Assembly (NCBI GenBank): GCA_043228905.1
Contig: JBHGNT010000007.1
Span: 6,014,001 to 6,078,000, forward strand
DNA length: 64,000 nt
Origin: Azolla caroliniana
Lineage: Eukaryota; Plantae; Polypodiophyta
Direction of reading: 5' to 3'
Each line of letters begins with the position of its first letter. The first letter of the stretch is position 1. The translations under genes were made by a program, and so were the position numbers. Shown in pieces: positions 26,480 through 38,089 of the stretch. Below the pieces are notes generated by a model, which had not been told where the DNA came from, did no database searches, and saw nothing but the letters and a program-made list of their open reading frames with translations.

Positions 26480-27436
26480 CTTGTCGTCTTGGTTTATGTG
26501 GACAATTCACAACTATGTGTCTTGGACCACCACAATATAGGTATAGATGATTCATTTGACGTTGTTGCTTTTTAGCATTTGATAATGGTCCTCAATGTAG
26601 GGCCTGCAATCAAATTGGGCTTTGACACTTGTGGTGGAGTTGCGACCACTGAAGCATATGTTTTTTCTAATCTGAAGCATAATATTTGTTGGTTGTTCAA
26701 AATGTCCCTCAAATAAGCGATTGTCATGGCACAAGGCCTGGCTTATTGCATCACTAAGAGAATTCAGATCATCAAGCAAGGTAAGAAGTAAATCCTTCAC
26801 GTCATTGCGCAAACCTTGACGAAATTGGTCCTTTAGTGCCGCCTCATCCCATTGAACATCACATGCCAGGAGGGCAAAATCTGCAGCGTAAGTGGAAGCA
26901 GGATGATCTCCTTGTCGTAATCTTCAAATTTTGTTTATTGTTGTCCTCATACTATCAATGTCTCAAAAGCTACCTTCGAATTCCTTTATAAATCCTTCAA
27001 AATCTTCTAATAATGGTGTGTGCTTCTCCAAGAGTGGTGCAAACCATGCTAATGTGGTACCGGTTAACAAGGTACCAACTAGCCCCACACGAGCAACATC
27101 AGTTGGGTAACAACTAGGATGTAATTTAATCACAAGTTGTACCCTATTTAAAAATCCATGAAATTGAGACCTTGTACCATCAAACTTGGCCGAAAGACTG
27201 ATCTTTGGTTCTCTCGATGGGGTTTGAACTTTCGCCGCTTGTCATTGTAGTAGAGCAGTCTCCAATTGATGCACCAGTTGAGATAACTCTTCATATTGTT
27301 GTATTTTCTCAACGCTTACTTGTTGTAGGTCCCCGAGCAGTCTTTGATTTTCTTGCTCCAATGCCACAAACTTAGTTGTTAGCATGTTGAGCTCAGACAA
27401 TACACGCATATATTCTTACTTGCTAACGATCTCCAT
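26480..27436 (-). pseudogene. Ty3/gypsy gag remnant
   Basis: REPKISLSAKFDGTRSQF, GTLLTGTTLAWF, RLRQG..ASTYAADF, WDEAALKDQFRQGLRNDVKDLL and zinc knuckle YCGGPRHIVVNCP. Frameshifts and stops. Confidence 0.85.
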
Positions 27437-27516
27437 GGTTATGAGTGAAATTTGCTAGATTTCTTGAATAAAAAAGACAAGAAGAAAGAAGATTCAATTC
27501 AAACTATCGTGACTTG

Positions 27517-27518
27517 AG

Positions 27519-27594
<76 letters not shown>
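27517..27594. repeat. (AG)n microsatellite
   Basis: About 36 AG units. Confidence 0.95.
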
Positions 27595-27598
<4 letters not shown>

Positions 27599-27906
27599 AG
27601 AAACATGATAATAGAAGGTAGAGATAGATAGATTCTATTATCATCTTCGGAGGTCAAATATGACCTATGAGACCAAAAATATTACATTTCACGTTATATG
27701 TGTGAAAGTGAGTAGCGAATGTCGATGTTCAAGAACTTCACCAATGAATGTTGCAATCGAGCATTCACATTGTGGTTGTGAGAGAAATTTGTGGAAGGAT
27801 TGGGCTTGGCTGAAGATGTGTGGAAAGCATGGTCGAATATGATCAAAGGCAGAACATTGTATCAAAGTGTGATACTCAGACTCTCAAACTTCTATTACAT
27901 ATCTCC

Positions 27907-27941
<35 letters not shown>

Positions 27942-28949
27942 AACTACTTTATTTTAGCCATTACTTTGTCATACGAGAGAGAGAGAGAGAAACGGGAAGG
28001 AGTTTATATTATAAGATAACAAGGGTTACAAAGAGTAGGGTAAGGGGTGAAGACTGATGTTGAATCAAATGAGTTGTGATGAATGTATAGACATCTATTT
28101 ATAGGTCCTTAAGGAGTATTCTAGAATGTTCCAAAATACTCTATAATGTCCTAGAATACTCTAAATATGTTGTAATAACTAATAATATAATTATTATAAT
28201 TATACATCATATATGTTATTATAATGGTTAAAGGTTTAACACATAGAACAAGAAATTATGGGTTCAAATCCTTGTAAACTAAAATGTATGCCTTCATGAT
28301 AGAAGGGAACCCTGACTCGAATGATGTTTAACACGCGATTAAGAAAAAAAATGCAAGCAAGAATATACAAGGGATATCTTTATAAATTTAGGTTTACAAC
28401 CATTAGAGATAGACTACCACGATTTCAGTGGTTTTTACAAAATGATCATACAATTAAAGACAAACAAAAACGAAACGAACGAAAGGAAGGCAATGGAGTT
28501 TCTAGTGAAGGTGAGTTAAGTGAGATTTCGGGATTGCGACTACTAGATCGTTGACTATGATGTGCTGATGACGGTGTAGTGTTCCCATGTCCCTTCATCC
28601 TCCCTTCAACAATTGGAGTGCAAGGTAGCCCAACCCGTCTCTCGAAATCGTCAATGCATAGCTTTCTCTGTTGTGGAGAAGAGGACCCAACCTCCAAAGT
28701 ATACATAAGTAGGTAGGTAGATCGAAAGTCAATGAAGTTGTCTTTGAAGAATACCAATCTAAAACCCTAGAAGGAGCAGAATTAAGAAGGCTATTCGTGA
28801 AGAAGACGGAAAATAAATCCTAAAACTTCAAGTAGGTCGAGGAGAAGAACAACAACAACAACAACAAAGAAAACCGAAATGGTGCACACTTCGAAACACA
28901 AGTTCTAGTTGAAAATCACACTTGTTCATGTGTAAAAACAGAGTTTTCA

Positions 28950-29710
28950 ATACGAACTCGATACATCGTATCTAGTTCTTGTTTAAAAACGCAGCTTTTC
29001 AACGTGAACTTGATACAAAGTATCGAGTTTGTGTTTAAACATTTAAACACGGACTCAATACATTGTATTGAATTCATGTTGAAAACTCAACTTTTCAACA
29101 CAAACTCGATACATCGATGTTGAAAAACAGAGTTTTCAAGAACAACTCGATACATTGTATCGAGTTCGTGTTGAAAACCCTCCTTTCCAACACAAACTCG
29201 ATACATTGTATCGAGTTCATGTTTCAAGTTCTTTTTTTGGGTTTTTTAAAAAACAAAATTGATGGTTTTTCTATTTATTTTGGGGTTTTTTTTTTGTTTT
29301 TTGAATTTTTTTTGAAGTGATGAAAAAACCAGAGTTTTCATCACAAGTTAATACAATGTATCGAATTCATGTTTAAAGATTTTTTTCCCAAAAAAAATTC
29401 AATAAACAATTAAAAAAAATCAAAATAATTTGAAAAATATTTATAAAAATTACATTAAACATGAACTAGATACATTGTACTAAATTGTGGTGAAAATTCT
29501 GGTTTTTTCATCAACTTAAACTCAATTTTTTAATTTTTTTAATTTTTTTAAATTCGGTAAAAAAACTTTGAACATGAATTTGATACATTGTATGGAATTG
29601 TGATGAAAAATCTGTTTTTTGCATCAACTCGATACAATGTATGGAGTTCATATTTAGAAATCTTATTTTTTTCAAATAAAAGATGTTTAGGGTTTACATG
29701 AACTCGAATT
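28950..29710. repeat. Array of ~10 copies of a 23-bp palindrome AACTCGATACA-T-TGTATCGAGTT
   Basis: Perfect copies at 29144-29166 and 29195-29217. Degenerate copies near 28955, 29007, 29052, 29103, 29345, 29464, 29577 and 29626. Confidence 0.85.
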
Positions 29711-30534
29711 GTCCTAAAATCTTTGTTTTTACAAGAGTAAAAGATGCATATTGATACTATAAAGAAGTATGTTGCACAACAAGATACATTATGGTGAACA
29801 CGTGCTTCCTTGATTAACAAAAAACCATTAATAATTGTGTTGATGGTAATTGAACCTTGCAAATGCCATTTACTTCACAAATTTTGTAGGGGAATTCTCA
29901 AAATAAAGAAGAGGAGAGCATTGTGGATACCTTGATAACTATGTGATATGTTCAAATTGATATATTAATGTTTACATCTAAGTTTGGCAGTTTTCACAGT
30001 TTATGAATATCGTCTATATTTTAGGAGTTTTGGATTTATTAAAATTGTTTATGAATATTGTATACATTTCTTGAGTTGTGAATTTATGGATGTTAACGAG
30101 CAATTAATGAGGACTAAATTTATAGATGATGGCATCAAGGATTACAATGTTACCTCTTATACTTAAAACATTTTCAAGATGGTGAAACCATTAATCTTAA
30201 CTTGTGCCTTGAGTTAACCATTGTGATTTTCTTTAATTTAACTACATTTCATATCTGCAGACCATCAATGTTTAAACATTTATTGAAAAACTATTCAATT
30301 TTATAAATTATCATTTTGAAACTGTTAAATCTCAAAAAATTAGCAAATTTTACATGTTATGTAAAACATGTGATATTGTTGTATCAAGTTTCTGAAAATT
30401 GCCTAAAATCGCAAGATTATAAAAGGAATCTATAACTGGAATACACGATCCTTCCACTTGTGAACGCGAACATGTTCACATTCACCCAAATCCTAAATCA
30501 AGTTTGGGGGAAATTTCTAGATACACAACCATTG

Positions 30535-30745
30535 AAATCAGAAATGTGAATTGGTGCTAAATTCCAACCCTAAATCTGAAATTTTCAACAGTAATTAGAA
30601 ATCGACCGCTTAAAAAATCAGAAACCCTAATCAGAAACCTTAATCAGAAACCCTAATAAGAAATCAACTGCTTAAGGAAATCAGAACCCCTAATCTGAAA
30701 TATGAATGAAATCGACCTTAATCAAAAAAATTGTCAATCAGAAAC
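30535..30745. repeat. Degenerate tandem AATCAGAAACCCT repeats
   Basis: Clear 13-mer units at 30616-30662 with degenerate copies on both sides. Confidence 0.65.
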
Positions 30746-31449
30746 ACACCTACTACTACACCCCAATCTTCGAGACATCCTTGTTTGGGACTCCAACGAC
30801 TACACCCTAATCTTTTTTTATAAAAGATAAATAGGCAAGACAGTTACACTTATCAAAAAGGGAAAAAAAAAAGATTTTTTAATGCATGTAATGATTAACT
30901 AATACATACCTTGACGAGTATCGAAATGGTGGTGTGTTGGTGCTCTGAAGGTGCAATGTTGATATCAGAGTTTTTGTGCTGCTGCGGGGGCTTCGTTTGC
31001 GTTCATGCTCAAAGTATTCCATTTGTTTGGATTTCAAACTCAGACTCAGGATTAGCAGGACTTTGGTGACATTCAAGTCGAGTTTAGATGAGGGCACTAT
31101 TCCCTAGGTTCCACTATGTCAAAAACCAAAGTTCAAATTTTTGAGGATTCCTATAAATTACCTATTCACCACAATATATGACATGTATTTAAGTAATAAA
31201 GCATAAAATTTCGTAAATGATCCTTATGATTTGCCCACGAAAAACTAGCTAAATAGCTATGGCCATTTTAGCAGCTAATGAGCTATAATAGTGTTTCCAT
31301 TCCCATGCTTTTACCCAAGTACAAACAAAAAAAATTCAAATGGAAAATTTATGATACTTTGATACCAAAGCCACCCACCATCTTTCCCATTGCCGAGAAT
31401 GGCTACATGATCACAATCCACTTGAGGTACACTTTAGAGATTATGGAAC

Positions 31450-34400
31450 TATAAAGAATCGAGGGTGATTCTATGCAACAAAAGGACTATGTGTGTGTGT
31501 GTGTGTGTGTGTGTGCACAAGAGAGAGAATGAGAGAGTGAGAGCTCTAAACAAGAAACTATATATTACATTCCACAGTGACTAAGTTACAAAGGGTTGGT
31601 TTAAATACCAACTGATCTAGGGCAAGTGCCCAAGTTTCTACTAATTACAAAAATATCCAAGTACGATGTCCATTAGCTAGTGTGAACACTCTCTCTAAGG
31701 GAAGTTGAGTTTGATTCTCAACACGCCCCTTTGAACACAACTTTCCTATGTCGAAAAGTTGTTTCGGTTTGGTCTTCGCAATACTTCGATTCGGATGGAT
31801 CGACTTTCGGCTTCCAAAATCTTCGAAGTTGGTTGTTCGGCTTTTCAATTTCATGCTCGTTGTTCGTCGTACTTTGGCTCTTCTGGTCGGTTACTTCTGC
31901 TTCTCGGCTGCTTTCGTGTCACCTGTTGTACTCCCCCTCAAGCTTAGCAATGTAGAGATTGTGAGACCAAGGTCTGTGAGATCACTCCACTATGGACGGA
32001 GAAGAAGAATCCAGAAGTGGATCATCTATCGGCCTTATAACCGACCTAGTCTGCGTCCGTGTACCCTTCGAGTCGAATAAGTGTATTCGACTTATACATG
32101 ATGTTGTAATCCATCGTTGTACTGACATACTGAAGTATCCGCTTAGCACAATCGAGATGATCATTTCGAGGGTTCTGCATAAATTGGCTAAGTAGGCCGA
32201 CTGAAAAGCTGAGGTTGGGTCGTGTGATGGTTAGATAAATCAAATTGTCGATCAATTGTCGATATTGAGTTGGATCGCACTCGGTTGTGCACGAATCGAC
32301 ATTGAGCTTGAGATTTCGGTCAAGAGGGGTAGACACGGGTTTGCACTCGATCATTTCGAACTTGTAGAGTAAGGTGAGAACGTAGTGTCGTTGAGAGATC
32401 AATATCTTGACTGGTGTTCGAATTACTTCGATGCCAAGGAAGTAATGGAGCTCGTGCAGGTCTTTCATTTCGAATTTGCCGGATAGGAGTGATTTGACCT
32501 TAATGATCTCGAAGAGATCCTTTCCTCCGATTACTAGATCATCCACGTATAGGATAATGACAATTGGGTTGTGCGGCTTGTTTTGGATGTACAGGGAGTT
32601 GTTTGATTTTGACATTCGAAAGCCAATTTGGTAAAGATATTGAGTGATCTTCGAATGCCAAGCACGCGGTGCTTGCTTGAGGCCATAGATCGGCTTCTTG
32701 AGTCGGCACACGACTTTCGGATGGGTACATGATTTGAAAAGCCGGGTGGTTGTACCATATACACCTCCTCTTCCAATTCGCCTTGAAGAAAGGCGTTCTT
32801 GACATCCATTTGGTGGAGATGCCACCCTTTCGCAGTTGCGAGTGCAATTACGGTCTGCACAGTCGTCATCTTTGCCACCGAGGCAAAGGTCTCCTTGTAA
32901 TCAACTACGTGCATTTGTGCGTATCCTTTTGCGACGAGTGTTACCGGCTGGCAAAGGAGTCCAGAGTGGGAAACGGAGAGTTAATTAAGTAGTAGGAATG
33001 TGGTTGTAATTAAGCTATGAGTGTGGACGGACGGACCGGAAACGGTATGCCGTTCCGGATCCAGACCGATCCCGAACAGGTGCGGATGGCACCGTTTTGT
33101 AATACAGACCAGAAACCTATTTAAAGGCCCGTATACAATGTAATAGTTAGCGGTTAATTAATGAAAGCTTAAGCGTTGTTATCTCTCTGTGTTAATTGTC
33201 GTTCTGTCGTAATTGTTATATCTTACGCGTGTTATGAAAGACAATCCTAATAAGTAACTTAATTAAGTCAGATTAAGCGTTGAAGTCTAATCCGGTTGCC
33301 GTAACACCCTTTGGTGAAGTGTCTCCCATAGACACCCTGTGTTAGGCCATTGTCCGGCCCTAAGAGTTAACACACCTTTTGGCAACCACTAAGGCAACCC
33401 CCCTTTGGAAACGGAGTCGAAGAATGATACATGGCGATACAAACCGACAATGTACAAGAAATGTGCGAGAAATGATGAAAATGATGGAGACGATAGCCGA
33501 AATACACAGCCATGGAAAACGAAGACGGCAAGACAAGGACGACAGCAGCGGTTGGAATGGCCAGACGGGCTGGACAGAGAACTGACAAACGACGACCAGA
33601 ATGACAACGATCGGATGGCGGTGGCCACATACCAACGGATAGAGTGGTGGCCGACCAGTAGCGGCCCGGTCAGACAGAGACAAACATGACCGGATGGGCT
33701 GAACGGCCGGAATGATGATGAAGCCGGGACGATTACCGGATTGTGGTGGCCAGACAACCAATGGCCGGAGCGGTGATCGAATAGCAACGGACGGAGTGGC
33801 GGCAACCGGATGCCCCTGACAAAGACAGCGGCGTCGGCCTCACAATAGCCCAATAGTGGCACTGGCCGAACAACAACCAAAGCAACGATGGTCGGACAGT
33901 GGCCGAAGAGCGGGCAGAGTGGCCAGACAAAAGCCGGAGCGGCCGGAGTGACCGGAGAGCGGCAAGAGTGACCGGAATGGCAGAACATCGGTCAGAGTGG
34001 CCGAACAACATCGAAACGAAGGCGGCCAGACTGGACAAATGGACGACGCCGGACAATGACTAAGATGGAGACGGCCAGACATCGACCGGACCGTCGACCA
34101 GACCGGGTGGACGGACGAACGGGCCGTACGATGGAGATCGCCGGATCGACGGTCGGACAACCACGGAAGAGCAATGCCTATCTTTATCATCAATCATCAT
34201 CATTATCATAAATATTAACCCTAACCCTAAAACCTATAACAACGAGTCGTCCTTTGAAGCAATTTACGGAGCCATCGGCATTGTATTTGACCTTATAGAT
34301 CCATCTACAACCAATTGCTTTCTTGTGAGGTGAATGGGGAACAAGATCCCAAGTCTCGTTTTTGCACAAGGCCTGCATTTCTTCATTCATCGCGTCGACC

Positions 34401-37006
34401 CATCGCGGCTCCTTCATGGCTTCAGAAAGTGTTTCCGGCTCTTGGACAGTCGCCACCTTCATCATAAAATCGTAATGATACGCCATATACTCATCGTAGC
34501 CGAATCAGCTTACGAGGTTCTTTTCACGAGTGGATTGGCAGAGCTTCTCGTTTGCGGATACTAAGGCTTTTTCGCTCCATTCGTCCAGATGTCGAGGCCT
34601 TCAAACTCACTGTCGAGGGAGTGAGTTGACTCATTGTCCCTCAAGTCTTCATATTCTGGCATTTTCGCCTTGCCTTTGTCGAGTTTTGGAGTCGGCTGAG
34701 ATGTGCTTTGGTCACTTAGGGGCTCCTGTGGTCCACTAAGCCTTGTCGTAATCGGACTTTCTTGGAACATGTGTCCGAGTCGAAATTCATCTTCTATCTC
34801 TCGTTCGGCCGATTCCGGGTCGACTGGAGTAGAGATCAGAATCATCTCTGGATCGTACTAGGATGCCAAATCGTCGAAAACAACGTCTCGGGTAGATGGG
34901 TTGTAGCATTTATACCCCTTCTGTTCGAGCAAGTACCCTATGAGGATACATTTCTCTGATTTCGGACCAAGCTTTTGTTGTGTCTCATCGGGAATATGCA
35001 CACATGCAATTGAGCCGAAAATACGAACATGTGATAAATCCAGCTTCTTTCCAAAAACACTCACATGAGGGGTTACGTTGTGTACCCTAGAGGTTCTACA
35101 CCTGTTCATGAGATATATGGTTGTGTTCGCCGCTTCTGCCCAATACGATTTCGGCATGTTCTTCTCATTCATCATTGCCCGTGCAATTTCTACTATGTGT
35201 CGATTCTTCCTTTCGGCTACACCATTTTGTTGAGGTGTATGTCGACACGAGAATTCTCGTTGTATTCCTTCCTTTCGAAGATATGCCGAAAATTCGTCCG
35301 AGAAATATTCTTTACCTCCATTCAATCGAAGGCAACATACATGTTGGCTCGTGGCTTTGTCGACTTCATTCTTAAACCTTTCGAAGTTTCCGAAGACTTC
35401 ACTCTTCTGTCTCATCGGGTAGATCCATGTGTGCCTAGAGAAGCCATTGATGAACGTGACATAGTAGTGGCAACCTCTGAATGTTGTGGTCTGGGCCAAT
35501 CCCCACACATCTAAATGTCCTACATCCAGGATCCCTTTACTCACATTCCTCTCTTTCGGGAATGGATGTCCGCGTTGTTTTCCGAACTTGCATGCCTCGG
35601 TAAAGTTTGGGAGTCCGATTACGACTCCTTTCAATTGCATGTTTTAGAGCTTTCGGAGATTGATGTGACCGATTCTCTTGTGCCACAATTTCAAGTTTGT
35701 TTCGACTTTGAGGCCTTTTGCGAACATAGCCGATTTCACCTCTTCTAATTCAAGGATGAACATTCGGCCTTCTCGACGACCATGCGCTATGCTTTGATCG
35801 TCCTTTTTGATGAAGCACCCTTCATTATTGAATCATACTTGCATACCTTGTTCGACAATCTAGGCGACCGAGACTAGGTTTTTCGTGATGGTTGGGACAT
35901 GCAAGACGTTCTTGAGGAAGATTTGTTTGCCGTCATTTCCGAATGGAACATTTCCGACATGTCGAATTGGGTGAGTCATATCATCTCCAGTTTTGACATA
36001 GCCGAGTCGATCAGGCTTTCGTAATTCTCGGAACCACTCTTCATGGGAAGTCATGTGATTGCATGCTCCCAAGTCAACAAACCATATGCTATCTGAAGAA
36101 GGGGTGCTAGTCGGGACTGTGCCGACATCGAATGTGCTTCATGCCTCATTATGAACATCTTGCCACGATCGGCATAGTCGGAATTCAAAGCGTAGTTCGT
36201 GAACCGACCTCTATTTCCATGGCCAAATCCTCTTCTATCATCCAACTGTGAGTAGCGCATCTTACCATCATGCGCATTGTACCTTTGTCGAACGTGATTT
36301 TCTTTGACCAACAGGGAGGGTTCTCCCTCGCAAGGATGGCTGATCCGATCGTGCCGAATTGAGGTGCCAAGCCGTCGAGGCATATTTGCACCATTTCGTC
36401 ATCGTCGACGACGACGTTAATCGAACCGAGGGCATCGAACAACTCCTTGATCTTCAAGGTATAACCGGTGAACAACATGTCCCTCTGTTGGATGTTGTTT
36501 AGCTCCTGTCGAAGTTGGAGCCTTCGTGTAGCCGTATTGGCTGCAAAAATCTTCTTGAGATTTCCCCAGGCTTCTTTCGGCGTTTTCGAATATCGAATAT
36601 AGCCGAGCATGTGGTCATGGACGCATGACGCAAGGCAATACAACACACGGCTCGCGGCCTGTTCCCACACTAGGTAGTCAGCGTGTGTCGGGTTGGGTTG
36701 CGTTTCGTGAGCTCCCTCGATGTAGCTCCAGTAACTTTGTCCGACAAGGTACTGATGCATCTTGTATTCCCAAGATGCGAAGTTTGTTCTATCGAGCTTC
36801 TCGGTGGGAAGAGCGCTTCCCATCTAGGTGTTCATTGTCGATCTTCTACTCTTGATGCGAGCTGTGCAGAAATCGTTGCTACAACGATCAACTGGTTCTC
36901 TACAAGTTTGAGCACAACACATGTAAAGGCGATGGTCTTGGATCAAGCTACCACGCACTCTGATACCATGTAAAGAATCGAGGGTGATTTTGTACAGCGG
37001 AAGGAC

Positions 37007-37069
<63 letters not shown>

Positions 37070-37284
37070 ACAAGAGAGAGAATGAGAGAGTGTGTGTGTG
37101 TGTGAGTGAGAGCTCTAAACAAGAAACTATATATTACATCCCATAGTGACTAAGTTACAAAGGGTTGGTTTAAATACCAATTGCAAGTGCCCAAGTTTCT
37201 AATAATTACAAAAATATCCTAGTACGATGTCCACTGACTAGTGTGAACACTCTCTCTAAGGGAAGTTGAGTTCGATTCTCAACA
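31450..37284 (-). mobile_element. Ty1/copia element E (gag related to copia A), decayed
   Basis: LTRs 31450-31723 and 36969-37284, differing mainly in (GT)n length. TSD GGAAC (31445-31449 and 37285-37289). PBS TGGTATCAGAG ends next to 36969. gag 36185-36823, integrase 34858-35640 and RT 32046-34486. RNase H largely deleted. Confidence 0.95.
32939..34241. mobile_element. 1.3-kb solo-LTR-like insertion in the RT of copia E
   Basis: Ends TGTTA...TAACA with 5-bp TSD ACGAG (32934-32938 and 34242-34246). Host RT reads KGRLV|AKGYAQ across it. Confidence 0.85.
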
Positions 37285-38089
37285 GGAACAAAGTTAACAC
37301 TTGGAAAAGGTACCATTTATTTGTCAATCAATAATAAATCCAAAATTTTTATTTTGTCTCAAGTTTAGCAAAGAACTTATTGTTTGTATGTGAAGCTAAG
37401 TCAAACGGATAATAATAGAATTTCATTACAATTGTGTTATAATTCGTTATAAGCTACCCACCCAAGCTGTAGTTAAAACAACATGCCAAAAGAGGAGAAA
37501 ATTATACACATTAAAGATGATGGAAAACTCATTGATTGAATATGGCATCATTAATAAGATGATGAAACATTGATATGGCATCATATGTTGGGAATAGGCT
37601 AAGCCATCTATATCCAAAATTAATGAAGACAAACCAAACACACAAAACTTATTGAAGGTATATACCAAATAAACCATTTCAATATTTGTCTATATGTGAA
37701 GGATCTATCTACGGCAAACAAAATAGATAAAAGTTTCCTCACCATGTTCATCAAACTAAAAGGCCACTCCAAATCATCCATTTCAACCTATGTGGGCCAT
37801 TTCAAATACCTTCAATAATTGGTAACCAATAATTCATTGCATTTATTGATGACCTCACAAGGTTTACCATCATTTACTACATCAATAGTAAAGTCGATGC
37901 TTTCAATGTTTTCAAAACCTACAAAGCACTTACCGAAAACCAATGTCAATCTCAAATAAAAACCATTAGAACGGATAATGGGGGAATTATTGTTCAAATG
38001 AATGTACGACATTTAGTAAGACACAAAGCATAAGACATGAGTTTACAACTTCATACAACCCACAACAAAATGATGTTGTTCAATCACTG

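Noticed and set aside
28446-28757. 103-aa ORF next to the palindrome array
   Set aside because: No recognisable domain or supported splice structure. It may be TE-derived but cannot be called.
28950-29710. CRISPR-like appearance (palindromic repeat with ~30-bp spacers)
   Set aside because: Spacers resemble each other, repeats are degenerate and irregularly spaced, there are no cas genes, and the context is a eukaryotic nucleus.
33360-34193. Cluster of Arg/Pro/Ser-rich ORFs
   Set aside because: They come from the GC-rich repetitive interior of a solo-LTR-like insertion and show no domain motifs. The same applies to 61788-62438.
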